From the NCBI GenBank assembly GCA_963755025.1, contig CAVWIH010000020.1, positions 1 through 64,000 of the forward strand: a DNA stretch of 64,000 nt. Direction: 5' to 3'. Below the pieces are notes generated by a model, which had not been told where the DNA came from, made no database searches, and worked only from the letters and a program-made list of their open reading frames with translations. Position 1 is the first letter of the stretch, and every line of letters starts with the position of its first letter. The stretch is from an uncultured Actinomycetes bacterium (GTDB lineage Bacteria; Actinomycetota; Thermoleophilia; UBA2241). Below are positions 42,071 through 52,164 of this stretch, piece after piece. The position numbers were made by a program, and so were the translations under genes.

Positions 42071-42200
42071 GCAAGGACACTATTACCACGCTGTGTGTAG
42101 TGTAAACATGCCGCGCTCCACGGATCCCAGCTTCTCGCTGAGCGGCGCGTTGAGCGGCGCGGTCTTCAAGGGCGCCACGCGAGCTGCCGACAACTGGGGG

Positions 42201-43892
42201 GTGGCGACGGCGACCGCAAAGAAGACGATGTTCGAGATCGAACGCGAGGCTCGCTGGCGGGTGTGGGCTCTGTTCGGCCTGCTCCTGCTCATGGTCTTCG
42301 CGTGCGTCTGGGTCGTCGCCCTGGTCGCCGAAGCCGTCGTTGACGCCCTTAACGCCTCTGGTGGCGCCCTTCCAGGGCCGCCGTCGTTCGCCCTGAGCCT
42401 GCCCGGCGCGGCGCTGATCCTGCTGGGCTCCGCCACCCTGGCCGTGCTGTACTGGTTCCTGACGCGCGTCGGCGCCCGCGACCACCTCATCCGCGTCATG
42501 CACGCCCGGGCGCTCGATCCCGACGACCGCTTTCACCAGCGCCTCGCCGACATCGTCGAAGAGATGCGCATCGCCACGGGCGGGCCGCCGGTCCGTTGCC
42601 TCACCGTGCCCACGCAGGCCATGAACGCCTTCGCCTTCAGCGACCTGCACGGCGGCGCCTGCATCGGGGTCACCGAGGGCGCCCTGTCGCGCCTCTCACG
42701 GGCCCAGGTCGAAGCGGTCGTCGCCCACGAGTTCGGGCACGTGATGTCGGGCGACTACGTCACGGTCACGAGCGCGTGCCTGCTGTTCGGCGTGTTCACC
42801 TCGCTGGGCGGCGGCCTGCAGGACGCCGGCGAGGATTCGCGCTCGTTTGGGCCCATCGTCGCCGCCGGCGCGCTCTGGCTGGGGGTGTGGCTGTTACAGC
42901 TTTGCGCGACCGTGATCGACGGCGCCATCTCGCGCCAGCGCGAGTGGCTCGCCGACCTCGCCGCGGCGCGCTACACACGCGATCCGTTGAGCCTCGCGCA
43001 GGCCCTTCAGATGATGGTCAGCCACCCGGGCGGCGGCTACGTGCCCGAGGGACTCTCGGCGCTGTGCATCACGCCCACCGATCAGGACAACACGTCGTGG
43101 CTCACGCGGGCCATGGCGACGCACCCGCCGGTCAACGATCGTATCGCCGTGCTGCTCAAGCTCGCGCACGTCGACGCGCAGCAGTTCAGGGCGCAAGCCG
43201 CGGCCGCCGAGACGGCCCTCGAGCAGCGCGAACACATCACGACCGCGCCCGCCGCGACGGCGGACATGCCCGGGGCCGAGCGGCCGACCCGGCTCGTGGC
43301 CGGCCCCCTCATGGCCGCCGCGCCGGCCGCCGCGCCGCTGCTGGGGGCGGCCTCGCTGGCATCGCCCGGCGTGGCGCCGCTCGCTGCGCCGAGCGCTGCG
43401 CCGAGCGCCGCACCGTCGGCCACTGCATCGGCTACGGCATCCTCGACGGCGCAGGCCGGCTCGTCGCTTCATGCCGGCGCGGTCGTGGGGCCGGCGCCCA
43501 CCTGCCCGGGTTGCGGGGCGGGGCTCGAACGGGTCGACTACGAGGGGACCGGCGTGCTCATCTGCCGCGCGTGCGGCGGGCGCCTTGCCACGACGCCGCA
43601 GGTGCAGCGCATCCTCACCCGCCGCGAGATGCGCTTCGACGACCGCCAGCACGCCTTGGCCGATGCGGTCGTCGAGCACGGCGACGAGCTGCGGCGCGAC
43701 TTCGCCCGCCGGCGCGCCGCCCGGTCGCTGGCGCTGGTGAAATGCCCGCGCTGCGGCCGCACGATGATGCGCCGCCACTTCAGCTACGATCAGGCGGTCG
43801 AGGTCGACTACTGCAGCCTGTGCGACCTCTACTGGTTCGCAAAGGACGAGCTCGAGGTGCTCCAGGTCATCGTCGAAAAGGACCAGCAGTAA
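42201..43892 (+). CDS. M48 (HtpX-like) metalloprotease with two C-terminal zinc ribbons (start uncertain)
   Basis: NAFA, HEFGH, SRQREWLAD, THPPVNDRI, CPGC..CRAC, CPRC..CSLC. Confidence 0.88.
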   Translation: MATATAKKTMFEIEREARWRVWALFGLLLLMVFACVWVVALVAEAVVDALNASGGALPGPPSFALSLPGAALILLGSATLAVLYWFLTRVGARDHLIRVMHARALDPDDRFHQRLADIVEEMRIATGGPPVRCLTVPTQAMNAFAFSDLHGGACIGVTEGALSRLSRAQVEAVVAHEFGHVMSGDYVTVTSACLLFGVFTSLGGGLQDAGEDSRSFGPIVAAGALWLGVWLLQLCATVIDGAISRQREWLADLAAARYTRDPLSLAQALQMMVSHPGGGYVPEGLSALCITPTDQDNTSWLTRAMATHPPVNDRIAVLLKLAHVDAQQFRAQAAAAETALEQREHITTAPAATADMPGAERPTRLVAGPLMAAAPAAAPLLGAASLASPGVAPLAAPSAAPSAAPSATASATASSTAQAGSSLHAGAVVGPAPTCPGCGAGLERVDYEGTGVLICRACGGRLATTPQVQRILTRREMRFDDRQHALADAVVEHGDELRRDFARRRAARSLALVKCPRCGRTMMRRHFSYDQAVEVDYCSLCDLYWFAKDELEVLQVIVEKDQQ

Positions 43893-43938
43893 CCCGATCG
43901 CACTGCGGGCCGTTCACGCTACCGGTAGAATGGCCGCC

Positions 43939-45122
43939 ATGAGCGAAGAACGGCAGGCCGGGGGGCAGTCCCCCGCACTCTCTTTGTCACCAACGACTTT
44001 CCGCCACGGGTCGGCGGCGCCCAGACGTACTACTGGAACATGATCCAGACGCTCGATCCCGGCGAGGTCGTGATCGTCGCCCCCGCGCACGACGACGCCG
44101 CCGCCTTCGACGAGACCCACCCCTACACCGTCTATCGCACCGCGCACCCGACGGTGATGCCCACGGCCTCGCTGGAGCGCCTGTGCGAGCGGCTCACCCG
44201 CGAGCACGGCATCGAGTTGTTGCAGCTCGGTCACCCGCTGCCGGCCGGCCTGCTGGGCCCGTGGCTGCGGCGCACGGCCGGTCTGCCCTACGTCATCTTC
44301 CTCGGCGCCGCCGAGATCACCGTGCCCGGGGCCCTGCCCGGCTTGGCCCGTCTGCTGCGCTGGGTGCTCGCCGAGTCGACGATGCTGTTCGGCGTGAGCC
44401 GCTACACCGCCGACCAGGCGGTACGGCTCTCGGGCGGCCGCGCTCACGCCGAGGTCCTGCGGCCGGCGCTCGACGTGGAGCGCTACCCGCTCACCGAGCA
44501 GGCCGACGCGGCCGCGGCGCGCGCCGCGCTCGGCCTCGGCGACGAGCCGCTCGTGGTCTGCGTGGGGCGACTCGTGCCGCGCAAGGGACAGGACATGCTG
44601 ATCTCGGCCCTCGGCGCCCTCGACGGCCGGTTTGCCGACGCGCGCGTCGCCCTGGTGGGCGGCGGCCGCCTGGCAGACGAGCTGCGCGAGCGGGCGGCCG
44701 CCGCCGGGCTTGCCGATCGCGTCGTGCTGCCCGGCGAGGTGTCAGACGCTCAGCTGCGCCTGTGGCTGCAGGCGGCCGACGTGTTCGCCGGGCCTTCGCG
44801 CACCCGCTTCGGCGGTCTCGAGGTCGAGGGCTTCGGCATCGTCTTCGCCGAGGCCGCGCTGACCGGCTTGCCTGTGATCGCGGGGCGTTCGGGGGGCTCA
44901 CCTGAGGCTGTGGTCGAGGGTGAGACTGGCCTCGTGGTCGACGCTCACAGCTACGAAGAGCTCGCCGGCGCGCTGGCGCGGCTGCTCGCCCTGAGTTCCG
45001 GCGAACGTCGCAGCATGGGCGCTCGTGGCCGCGAGCTCGCCCTCTCACGCCACGCTCCCGAAGTCGCTGCGGCGCGCTATCACGAACTGCTGCGTCAGGC
45101 GGTCGCGAGCTCTCGTGTCTGA
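43939..45122 (+). CDS. GT4 glycosyltransferase (PimB'-like); frame break near the N-terminus
   Basis: VTNDFPPRVGG, VGRLVPRKGQD, EGFGIVFAEA, GRSGGSPEAV; TAGAAT -10 seven nt before ATG. Confidence 0.88.
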
Positions 45123-46506
45123 CCGGCCCGCGGAGCCGGGCTCCGCTCCCGCAGACCTCTCAGAGTCCAGCTCCGCCTCGGCAGATCTCTCCGAGCCGCG
45201 CTCCGCCTCAGCAGATCTCTCCGAGCCGCGCTCCGCCTCAGCAGATCTCTCCGAGTCGTCGTCCGACTCTCGCGACGCGGAGCGGCCCGCCGTCGTCGCC
45301 GCGGCGTGGGCGCCCGAAGAGCCGAGGTCGGAGCAGGACGTGATCGAACTGCTCGAAGAGCCGCTCGTCGCGCCGCCCGAGAAGCTGCGCAGGTTCCTCA
45401 CCAAGCCGCGCATACTGCTGGGCTTTGCCCTCAGCGTCATGGTGACCGTGCTCATCAGCCGCCTGTTCAGCATGCATCTGAGCCACAGCTTCGGCGAGGT
45501 GCGCACCCAGACCCACGAGCCCGAGTTCTTCGCCTACGCCGTGCTGTGCGTGCTGCTCTACCTGGCGGCCGACACCGCGACGCTTGTGTTGCTCGCACGG
45601 GTCCACGGGCCCACGATACGGTTGCGGCCCCTGGTGCTCCTGTCGCTGCGCGCCAACTTCGTGGGCGGCACCACGTCGTTCGGGGGCGTCGAGATCCCGT
45701 ACCAGGCGTTCTCGCTGCGCCGCCAGGGGCTGAGCCTGAGCGAGGCGACCTCGGTCATCCTGGTGAAGGGCGTGGTGCACACCTCGGTGCTGCTGCTGGT
45801 CGCCGTGACGGCGCTGATCCCCGCCACCGGCTCGCCGATCACCCCCCTGCAGCGCTGGTTCGTGCTGGTCGCCCTCGCGCTCATGGCGATCGCCTGGCTG
45901 GGCGGCTCGCTGTGGGTGCGCCGGCCCATCGGCATCGAGCAGCTTCCCGAGCGCTTTCACAAGACGATCCACGCCGGCCGCGAGGCCTTCGCCGAGTACC
46001 ACCACGCCGGCTGGCGGGTGTGGCTGGGGGTCGTCGCCACGACCGTGGTGTACTGGGCGGCGATGTTCGCCATCATCCCGCTGATCCTGATCGGCCTGGG
46101 CTGGCACGGCCGGCCGTTCTCGATCATCACGGGTCAGGCCGTGCTGCAGGTCATCATGCCGATCTCGCCGCTGGCCGGCGGCGCCGGCGTCGCCGAGCTC
46201 GGCTACCTCGCACTCATCGGACCGGCGACCGCCGAGACGATCCGCGTGCCCAGCCTCATCCTGTGGCGCGTCGCCACCTGGCTCATACCGGTCGCGGTCG
46301 GCGGCCTGGCGTTCCTGGTGCGCAGCGGCGCGCCCGAGACGCCGGCCGACGATGCCGCCCCGGCGCCGGCACACAGCGTTCCCGCGGCGGCGGGCGGGGC
46401 TGCGACGGCGCCGGCACACAGCGTTCCCGCGGCGGCAGGCGGGGCTGCCCTGGCAGCCCCGCCCGCCGCCGCCCCACCACCAGAGGAGGTCGGCCAGAGT
46501 GAGTAG
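45115..46506 (+). CDS. Lysylphosphatidylglycerol synthase TM (UPF0104/flippase-like) protein
   Basis: About 8 TM helices, P..GGAGVAELG, LWRVATW. Confidence 0.82.
   Translation: MSDRPAEPGSAPADLSESSSASADLSEPRSASADLSEPRSASADLSESSSDSRDAERPAVVAAAWAPEEPRSEQDVIELLEEPLVAPPEKLRRFLTKPRILLGFALSVMVTVLISRLFSMHLSHSFGEVRTQTHEPEFFAYAVLCVLLYLAADTATLVLLARVHGPTIRLRPLVLLSLRANFVGGTTSFGGVEIPYQAFSLRRQGLSLSEATSVILVKGVVHTSVLLLVAVTALIPATGSPITPLQRWFVLVALALMAIAWLGGSLWVRRPIGIEQLPERFHKTIHAGREAFAEYHHAGWRVWLGVVATTVVYWAAMFAIIPLILIGLGWHGRPFSIITGQAVLQVIMPISPLAGGAGVAELGYLALIGPATAETIRVPSLILWRVATWLIPVAVGGLAFLVRSGAPETPADDAAPAPAHSVPAAAGGAATAPAHSVPAAAGGAALAAPPAAAPPPEEVGQSE
45151..45260 (+). repeat. Coding tandem repeat, 30 bp (ADLSEPRSAS) x~4
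   Basis: GCAGATCTCTCCGAGCCGCGCTCCGCCTCA units. Confidence 0.9.
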
Positions 46507-47236
46507 GTCCCGGACAGCGAGCATCGCCCTGATCGGGCTGCCGGCGGCGTTTGCGCTCGGCTGCATACCCAGCGGTCGCCTGGTGAGCCGCCTGGTGGGC
46601 GGCGGCGACATCTCGCAGAGCGGCGACCGCAAACCAGGCGCCTCGAACGTGGCCCGCACACTGGGCTGGAAGCCGGGCGCCGCCACGCTCGCCGTCGATC
46701 TGGCCAAGGCGGCGCTCCCGGCCGCCGTCGGGCGCCGCGCCGGCGCCGGCCCCGACCTCACCGGCGCGCTCGCCGTGACGCCGGTGGTGGCCCACATCGC
46801 CGTGGTGCGCGGTCGCGGCGCGGCGGCCGCCCTTGGAGCGGCCCTGGCCTACGACGCGCCCGCCACCGCGCTGGTCCTGCCGGCTATCGTCGGCGGCGCG
46901 CTCACCAAGCGGGCTGCGTCGGGCGTCATGGTGGCCGCGCTGGCCCTGCCGGCCATCAGCCTCGGCTTGGGGCATCGGCGCAAGGCGGCGTGGTGCGCCG
47001 CGCTGCCGGTCGTCCTCGCCTACGCTCGCCTGCGCGGGTCGGACGGCGGTCAGGCGCCGATGAGCGGCCGGGTCTGCTGGGAGCGGTTCTGGTTCGATCG
47101 CGACCCTGCCGCACCCGTCGACCCGGCTGCACCCGTCGACCCGACTGCGTCCGTCGACCCGGCTGCGTCCGTCGACGCGCCCGCGACGGCCGACCCCACC
47201 TCGCCGGCCGACGCGGCCGCCGCCGGCCCCGCCTGA
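46499..47236 (+). CDS. plsY: Glycerol-3-phosphate acyltransferase PlsY family, with PVDPAA repeat tail
   Basis: LGCIPSG, GD.KPGASNVAR.LG, DLAK, H...RGRG.A (degenerate PlsY motifs). Confidence 0.7.
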   Translation: MSRSRTASIALIGLPAAFALGCIPSGRLVSRLVGGGDISQSGDRKPGASNVARTLGWKPGAATLAVDLAKAALPAAVGRRAGAGPDLTGALAVTPVVAHIAVVRGRGAAAALGAALAYDAPATALVLPAIVGGALTKRAASGVMVAALALPAISLGLGHRRKAAWCAALPVVLAYARLRGSDGGQAPMSGRVCWERFWFDRDPAAPVDPAAPVDPTASVDPAASVDAPATADPTSPADAAAAGPA

Positions 47237-47299
47237 GACGCAGCCGCTGGCGGCGGGTACAAGTCAGGACAGGTTCTCAGCACTCTCCCGGAGGTGACC

Positions 47300-47686
47300 A
47301 TGGCAGGCGACGAAGAAACGACCGTCTCGTGGAAATCGATAGAGCCCCACTGGAAGGTCTGGTCGGCCGACGACATCGAGATCGGCGAGGTCTTCCAGCC
47401 GGTCGGCGATGAGAACGCCGACATCTTCGACGGCATCGCGATCACCCATCACGGTGGTCCCGGCGTCATGCACAACTGGCTCGACCGGCCGCGCTACGTG
47501 AATCAGGAGCAGGTGGCCGCCATTCAGGACGGCCAGGTGCGTCTGACGATCAGGGCCGACGAGGCAAGCACGTTGCCCGAACACAACGTGCCCGAGAGCG
47601 CCGAGATCCTGCCCGAGAAGGCCAGCTTCACCGACCGCATGAAGACCGACATCGAAAAGCACCTGCACGAGGACAAGAACTACTAG
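47300..47686 (+). CDS. Hypothetical acidic protein (PRC-barrel-like)
   Basis: GGAGG RBS; VSWKSI...V.SAD...IG.V..VGD...DIFDG. Confidence 0.7.
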   Translation: MAGDEETTVSWKSIEPHWKVWSADDIEIGEVFQPVGDENADIFDGIAITHHGGPGVMHNWLDRPRYVNQEQVAAIQDGQVRLTIRADEASTLPEHNVPESAEILPEKASFTDRMKTDIEKHLHEDKNY

Positions 47687-47695
47687 GGCTTGGGC

Positions 47696-50600
47696 TCAGC
47701 CGGTGCGCCCCGGCCGCGTGCGCGGCTCGACCTTGGGCAGCCACTCGCCGGAGCGCTTGAGGGCGCGGTTGCGCTCGTCGGGCGGCAGGTCGCGCAGCTT
47801 GCCGAGTGCGGCTTCGAGGTCGACGATGCGCGCGGCGACGATCGCCAGGCCGCGTTCGTCGTTGTTTTGCAGCTCGCCCTCGATCAGCAGGTAGACCGCC
47901 TCTTTGAGCACGCGCCCGTAGCGCAGGTAGATGTCGTTGAAGACGACGACCTCGGCCAGACCGGTCTCGTCTTCGAGCGTGAGGAACAGCGTGCGGTGCC
48001 CGCTGCGGATCCAGGGCATCTGGGCGCGCTCGAGCACGCCCGCCAGACGGATGCGCCGGCCGTCGGGCACCGTGTGCAGCTCGCCGAAGGGCACGACGCC
48101 GAGCGCCGTGAGCTGGTCGCGCACGAAGGTGAGCGGGTGCGCCTGCACGTTGAGCCCGAGCACCTCGAGCTCGACCGCCACCTTCTCGCGCGCGCTCCAC
48201 GACGGCACGAACGGCAGCGCCCCGAACTGCTCGTCGGTAGCGAACTGCAAGGCCTCGCCCTCGCTCGCCGCCAGCACCCCGGCCTCGTGTCCCGCGCCCC
48301 GCCCCGCCCCGCAGGCCGCGTCGTCGTTCTGGCCCGCACCGAGTGCAGCGTCGGCGCTCGTGCCGCGCCGGTCGCCGGACGCGGCCGCCCCGGTCGGGGC
48401 GGCCGCCGACGCGGCTCGAGAACCGCCGCCCGCCGGCGAGCCCGAGGGCGACAGCCGCTCGTCGCGAGACCGCCGATCGCCACGCCACCCCGCCCCGCCG
48501 CGGGCGGAGGGCGGGGTGGGGGTCGATAGCCGCTCTCTGCGGGGCTGCCACTCCGCTGTTTGCGCCGCGAGACCGGCCGCAGAGCCGCGGCTGGAGACCC
48601 CCGCCCCGCCCGCAGTCCGCGGCCCCGCGGGCGCTTCGCCGCCCGCCGACAGCCTCGCAGGCGTGTCGCCTGCGAGCTGTCCGCGCTGCGCGGCAGTCGG
48701 CGCGAGATCCGTGTCCGGACGCCTTCGCCCCGCTCCCGCCGCGCCCGCTCACGACCTGCGCGTGCACGAGCGGCACCTGCACGAGCAACTCTTCGCGGCG
48801 CGCCCCCAGCCCGTCGAACGCCCCGACCCGCACCAGGTTGATGACGATCTCGACGCTCACCCGTGTGCGCCGGCAGAAGTCGGACAGCGAGCGGTAGGGC
48901 CCGCCGCGCTGCGGCGCGCGCTCGGTCACGATGGCCGCGCCGGCCGCGTGGCTCATCTCTTTGACGTAGCGCAGGCCGACCCGCAAGGCGTGGCCGTCGG
49001 CTTCGACGGTAAAGCCGTACAAGCTCTGGTTGACGCTGACCGGCCGCACCTCGAGCCCCCAGCGCCGGGCGTCGTTGAGCACCACCCGCGGCGAGTAGAA
49101 GCCCATGGGCTGGTTGTTCATGAGGCCGCAGAAGAACTCGGCCGGGTAGTGCGCCTTGAGCCAGGCGCTGGCGTTGCAGACCACGGCAAAGCAGGCGGCG
49201 TGCGCCTTGTTGAAGCCGTAGGCGGCAAAGCCGCGCAGCTGGCGAAAGACCTCGTCGGCGGTGGCGCGCTCGACGCCGCGCGCGACCGCCTTGGCGACGA
49301 AGTCGCGCCCGATCAGGTCCATCTCTTCCAGGGAGCGCTCGTGGGTCATGGCGCGGCGCAGCAGGTCGCCGTCGGCGAGCGAGAAGCCGGCGATCGCCGC
49401 GGCCACCTCGATCACCTGCTCCTGGTAGAGGATGACGCCGTAGGTGCGCTTGAGCGCCGGCCACATGTCGGGGTGGGGCACGAGCGCCTTCTCGCGCCCG
49501 TGGCGGCGACGGATGAAGGGCCCGATCATCTCGGCCTGCAGGGGCCCCGGACGGAACAGCGAGATGGCGGCGATCACGTCTTCGAAGTCGCGTTCGCGCA
49601 GCCGCAGGGCGAGGTTGCGCTGGCCCGAGCTTTCGAGCTGGAACACGCCGATGGTGCGCGCCTCGCCGATCAGCCGGTAGACCGCCGGGTCGTCGCGCGG
49701 CACCTCCCAGGCCGAGACGTGCTCGCCGGTGCGCGCCGCGATGAGGCGCACCGCTTCGGCGATGGCGCTGTGCATGCGCAGCCCGAGGATGTCCATTTTG
49801 ACCAGGCCGAGCGTTTCGACGTCGTCTTTGTTGAACTGCGCCACGATCACGCCCTTGGCCGCCCACTGCAGCGGCACGCGGTCGGTGATGGGATCGCGCG
49901 ACAAGATGAATCCACCGAGATGCGTGCCCAGGATGTAGGGGAACCCCGCGAGGCGCTCGGCGTAGTCGACGAGGCGCCTGTAATGCGGGCTGCGGAACTC
50001 GTGGTTGGCCAGCTCGGGGCGCTCGGCGAGCATCTGCGAGAGGCCGGCGGCGCTGCCCCAGGGCACCTTTTTGGACAGGGCGTCGATCTCGTCGGGGCGA
50101 AAGTCGAAGGCGCGCGCCACAATGCGCACCGCCGAGGGTGCGCGCACCGTGTTGACGTTGGCCACCATCGCCACGCGCTCGTGGCCGAAGCGCTCGTAGA
50201 TGTATTCGATGACCTCGTCGCGGCGCGCCGACTCGAAGTCGATGTCGACGTCGGGCATTTCGCGGCGGGCGGGGTTGAGGAAGCGCTCGAAGAGCAGCTC
50301 GTTGGCGATGGGGTCGGCGTCGGTGATGTGGAGCACGTAGCTCACGATGCTGTTGCCGGCCGAGCCGCGCCCCGAGTAGTAGATGCCGCGCTCGCGAGTG
50401 AACTGCACGATGTCGCGCACGGCCAGGAAGTACTCGGCGAAGCCGAGCTCCTCGACGACCTTGAGCTCGCGCTGCAGGCGTGCGAGCACCTCGGGGGTGA
50501 CCGGGCTGTAGCGCTCGGCGGCGCCCGTGAAGCAGTGCTTGACGAGCAGCGAGTAGGCGGTCTCGCCGGGCGGCAGCGGGTAGGCGGGAAAGAGCAGCCG

Positions 50601-51797
50601 GCCCAGGCCCAGGTCGAGGTTGCAGCGCGCGGCGATGCGGGCGGTGTTGCGGTAGGCCTGCGGGTAACGGCCGAACAGGCGCCACATCTGCTCGGGGGTC
50701 TTGAGAAAGAGCTCGCTGTTGCGCCGCCCGAGCGGGTTGGGCAGCGGCTGGTTGGCGGCTTCGGCGGCGAGGATGTCGTGCAGCGGCGCGTCGGCCGCGG
50801 TGGTGTAGTGGACGTCGTTGGTGGCGACCGTGGGCAGACGCAGTTCGCGGGCCAGCAGGTCGAGCTGCTGCACGTAGCGGGCGGAGCCGGGGAGCTGTTC
50901 GTCGATCAGCTCGATGTAGAAGTCGTGGCGGCCGAAGAGCCGCGCCCAGGCGGTCGCGGCCGCCCGGGCGCCCGCCTTGTCGCCGGCCGCGAGGCGGGCG
51001 CCCACCTCGCCGCGCCGGCAGCCCGACAGGGCGATCAGGTGGTCGTGGTTGGCGGCGATGGTGGCGACGCGCGCCTGCGGCGCCTCGCCGCGGTGCTCGA
51101 GGTGGGCGGCGCTCACGATGCGGCAGAGCTGCGACCAGCCCTGGTAGTCGCGGGCCAGCAGGACGAGGTGGTAGCCGGTCGCGGCGAACTGGCCGCGCGG
51201 CGGCGAGGGGGAGAGGTCGGTCGTGGAGACGCGCGGCACGCGGGCGGCGTCGGCTGGCGCGGCGGCCGGCGCCTCGGCTGACGCGGCGGCTGGCGCCACG
51301 GCGCCGGCTGCGGCGGGGTCGGGGCTCGGGCTCGCGCTTCGCGAAAAGAGGAGGGCGCCCGCGGCTCGCGCCGCGGGCGAGACTCACGCTCAGAGTTCGC
51401 CCTCATCCCCGACCCCGCCTTCGCCGGCTCTGTCGCGGGCAGGTCTGCCGCGGCCTCGCCGGCGGCTGCGGCTCTGCGCCGCAGCGCCGGCTGCCGCGCC
51501 CGCCGCCTCGGCCGGCGCTCCACGATCGGAGGTGGGGGAGCTGGGAGGCGGGGCGTCGGCGATGGGGATGCCGGCGTCGAGCACGGAGTCGACGCTGATC
51601 TCGACGCCGACGATGGGCTTGATGCCGGCGGCTTTGCAGGCCTGGTAGAAGCGCACGGCGCCGTAGAGGCCGTCGTGGTCGGTGACGGCCAGGGCCGGCA
51701 TGCCGGACGTGCGGGCGGCGTCGACGAGCTCGTCGATGCGCCCGGCGCCGTCGCCGAGTGAGAAGTTGGTGTGAACGTGCAGGTGGACGAAGCTCAT
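47696..51797 (-). CDS. dnaE2: Error-prone DNA polymerase III alpha (DnaE2-type), two low-complexity insertions with frame breaks (~51330-51480, ~48720)
   Basis: FVHLHVH, TDHDGLYG, GRGSAGNS, LLFERFL, PDVDIDF, KMDILGL, GVFQLES, NNQPMGFY, FLTLEDETG OB fold; LexA box upstream. Confidence 0.9.
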
Positions 51798-51957
51798 GTG
51801 ACCACCAAACGAGCGGCATGGGGAAGAGGCGAGCGGAGACGCCGCGGGGTGCGCCGCCTGCTGCTTGGCGCCGCCGGCAAGGCTGTGTGCGACGACGCGG
51901 ACGCGGGCGAAGCCGGCCGCCTGTACTCCTGCGCTCGACTTTCCCCCGGACGGCGCA

Positions 51958-51985
51958 AGTATAAACGAACGTATGTTCGTGTCAA
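51958..51985 (-). promoter_or_regulatory. SigA promoter TTGACA-N16-TATACT with LexA box CGAAC-ATAC-GTTCG as spacer (dnaE2)
   Basis: Perfect Gram-positive SOS box at 51966-51979. Confidence 0.9.
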
Positions 51986-52164
51986 GACGTGCGGCACGGC
52001 GCCGGAACGGCCGCGGGGAGACGGCCGGGGCGCCCATGCCCTACACTGCCAACAGGCGCCCTTCCGCGCCGTGCGGCCGTACACGCCGCGCGGCGGCCGG
52101 CGCTCACAAGCGTCAACGACGGCTACCGGCGAGGTGCTTTCGTTTGGTCCCTGACGATCCATAC

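Noticed and set aside
48277-48720. DnaE2 insertions as inteins or introns
   Set aside because: No intein terminal motifs, homing endonuclease motifs or recognisable intron structure.
51384-51392. Two in-frame TGA codons in dnaE2 as selenocysteine or readthrough
   Set aside because: They lie in a non-conserved low-complexity insert, not at Cys positions; compensating indels are more parsimonious.
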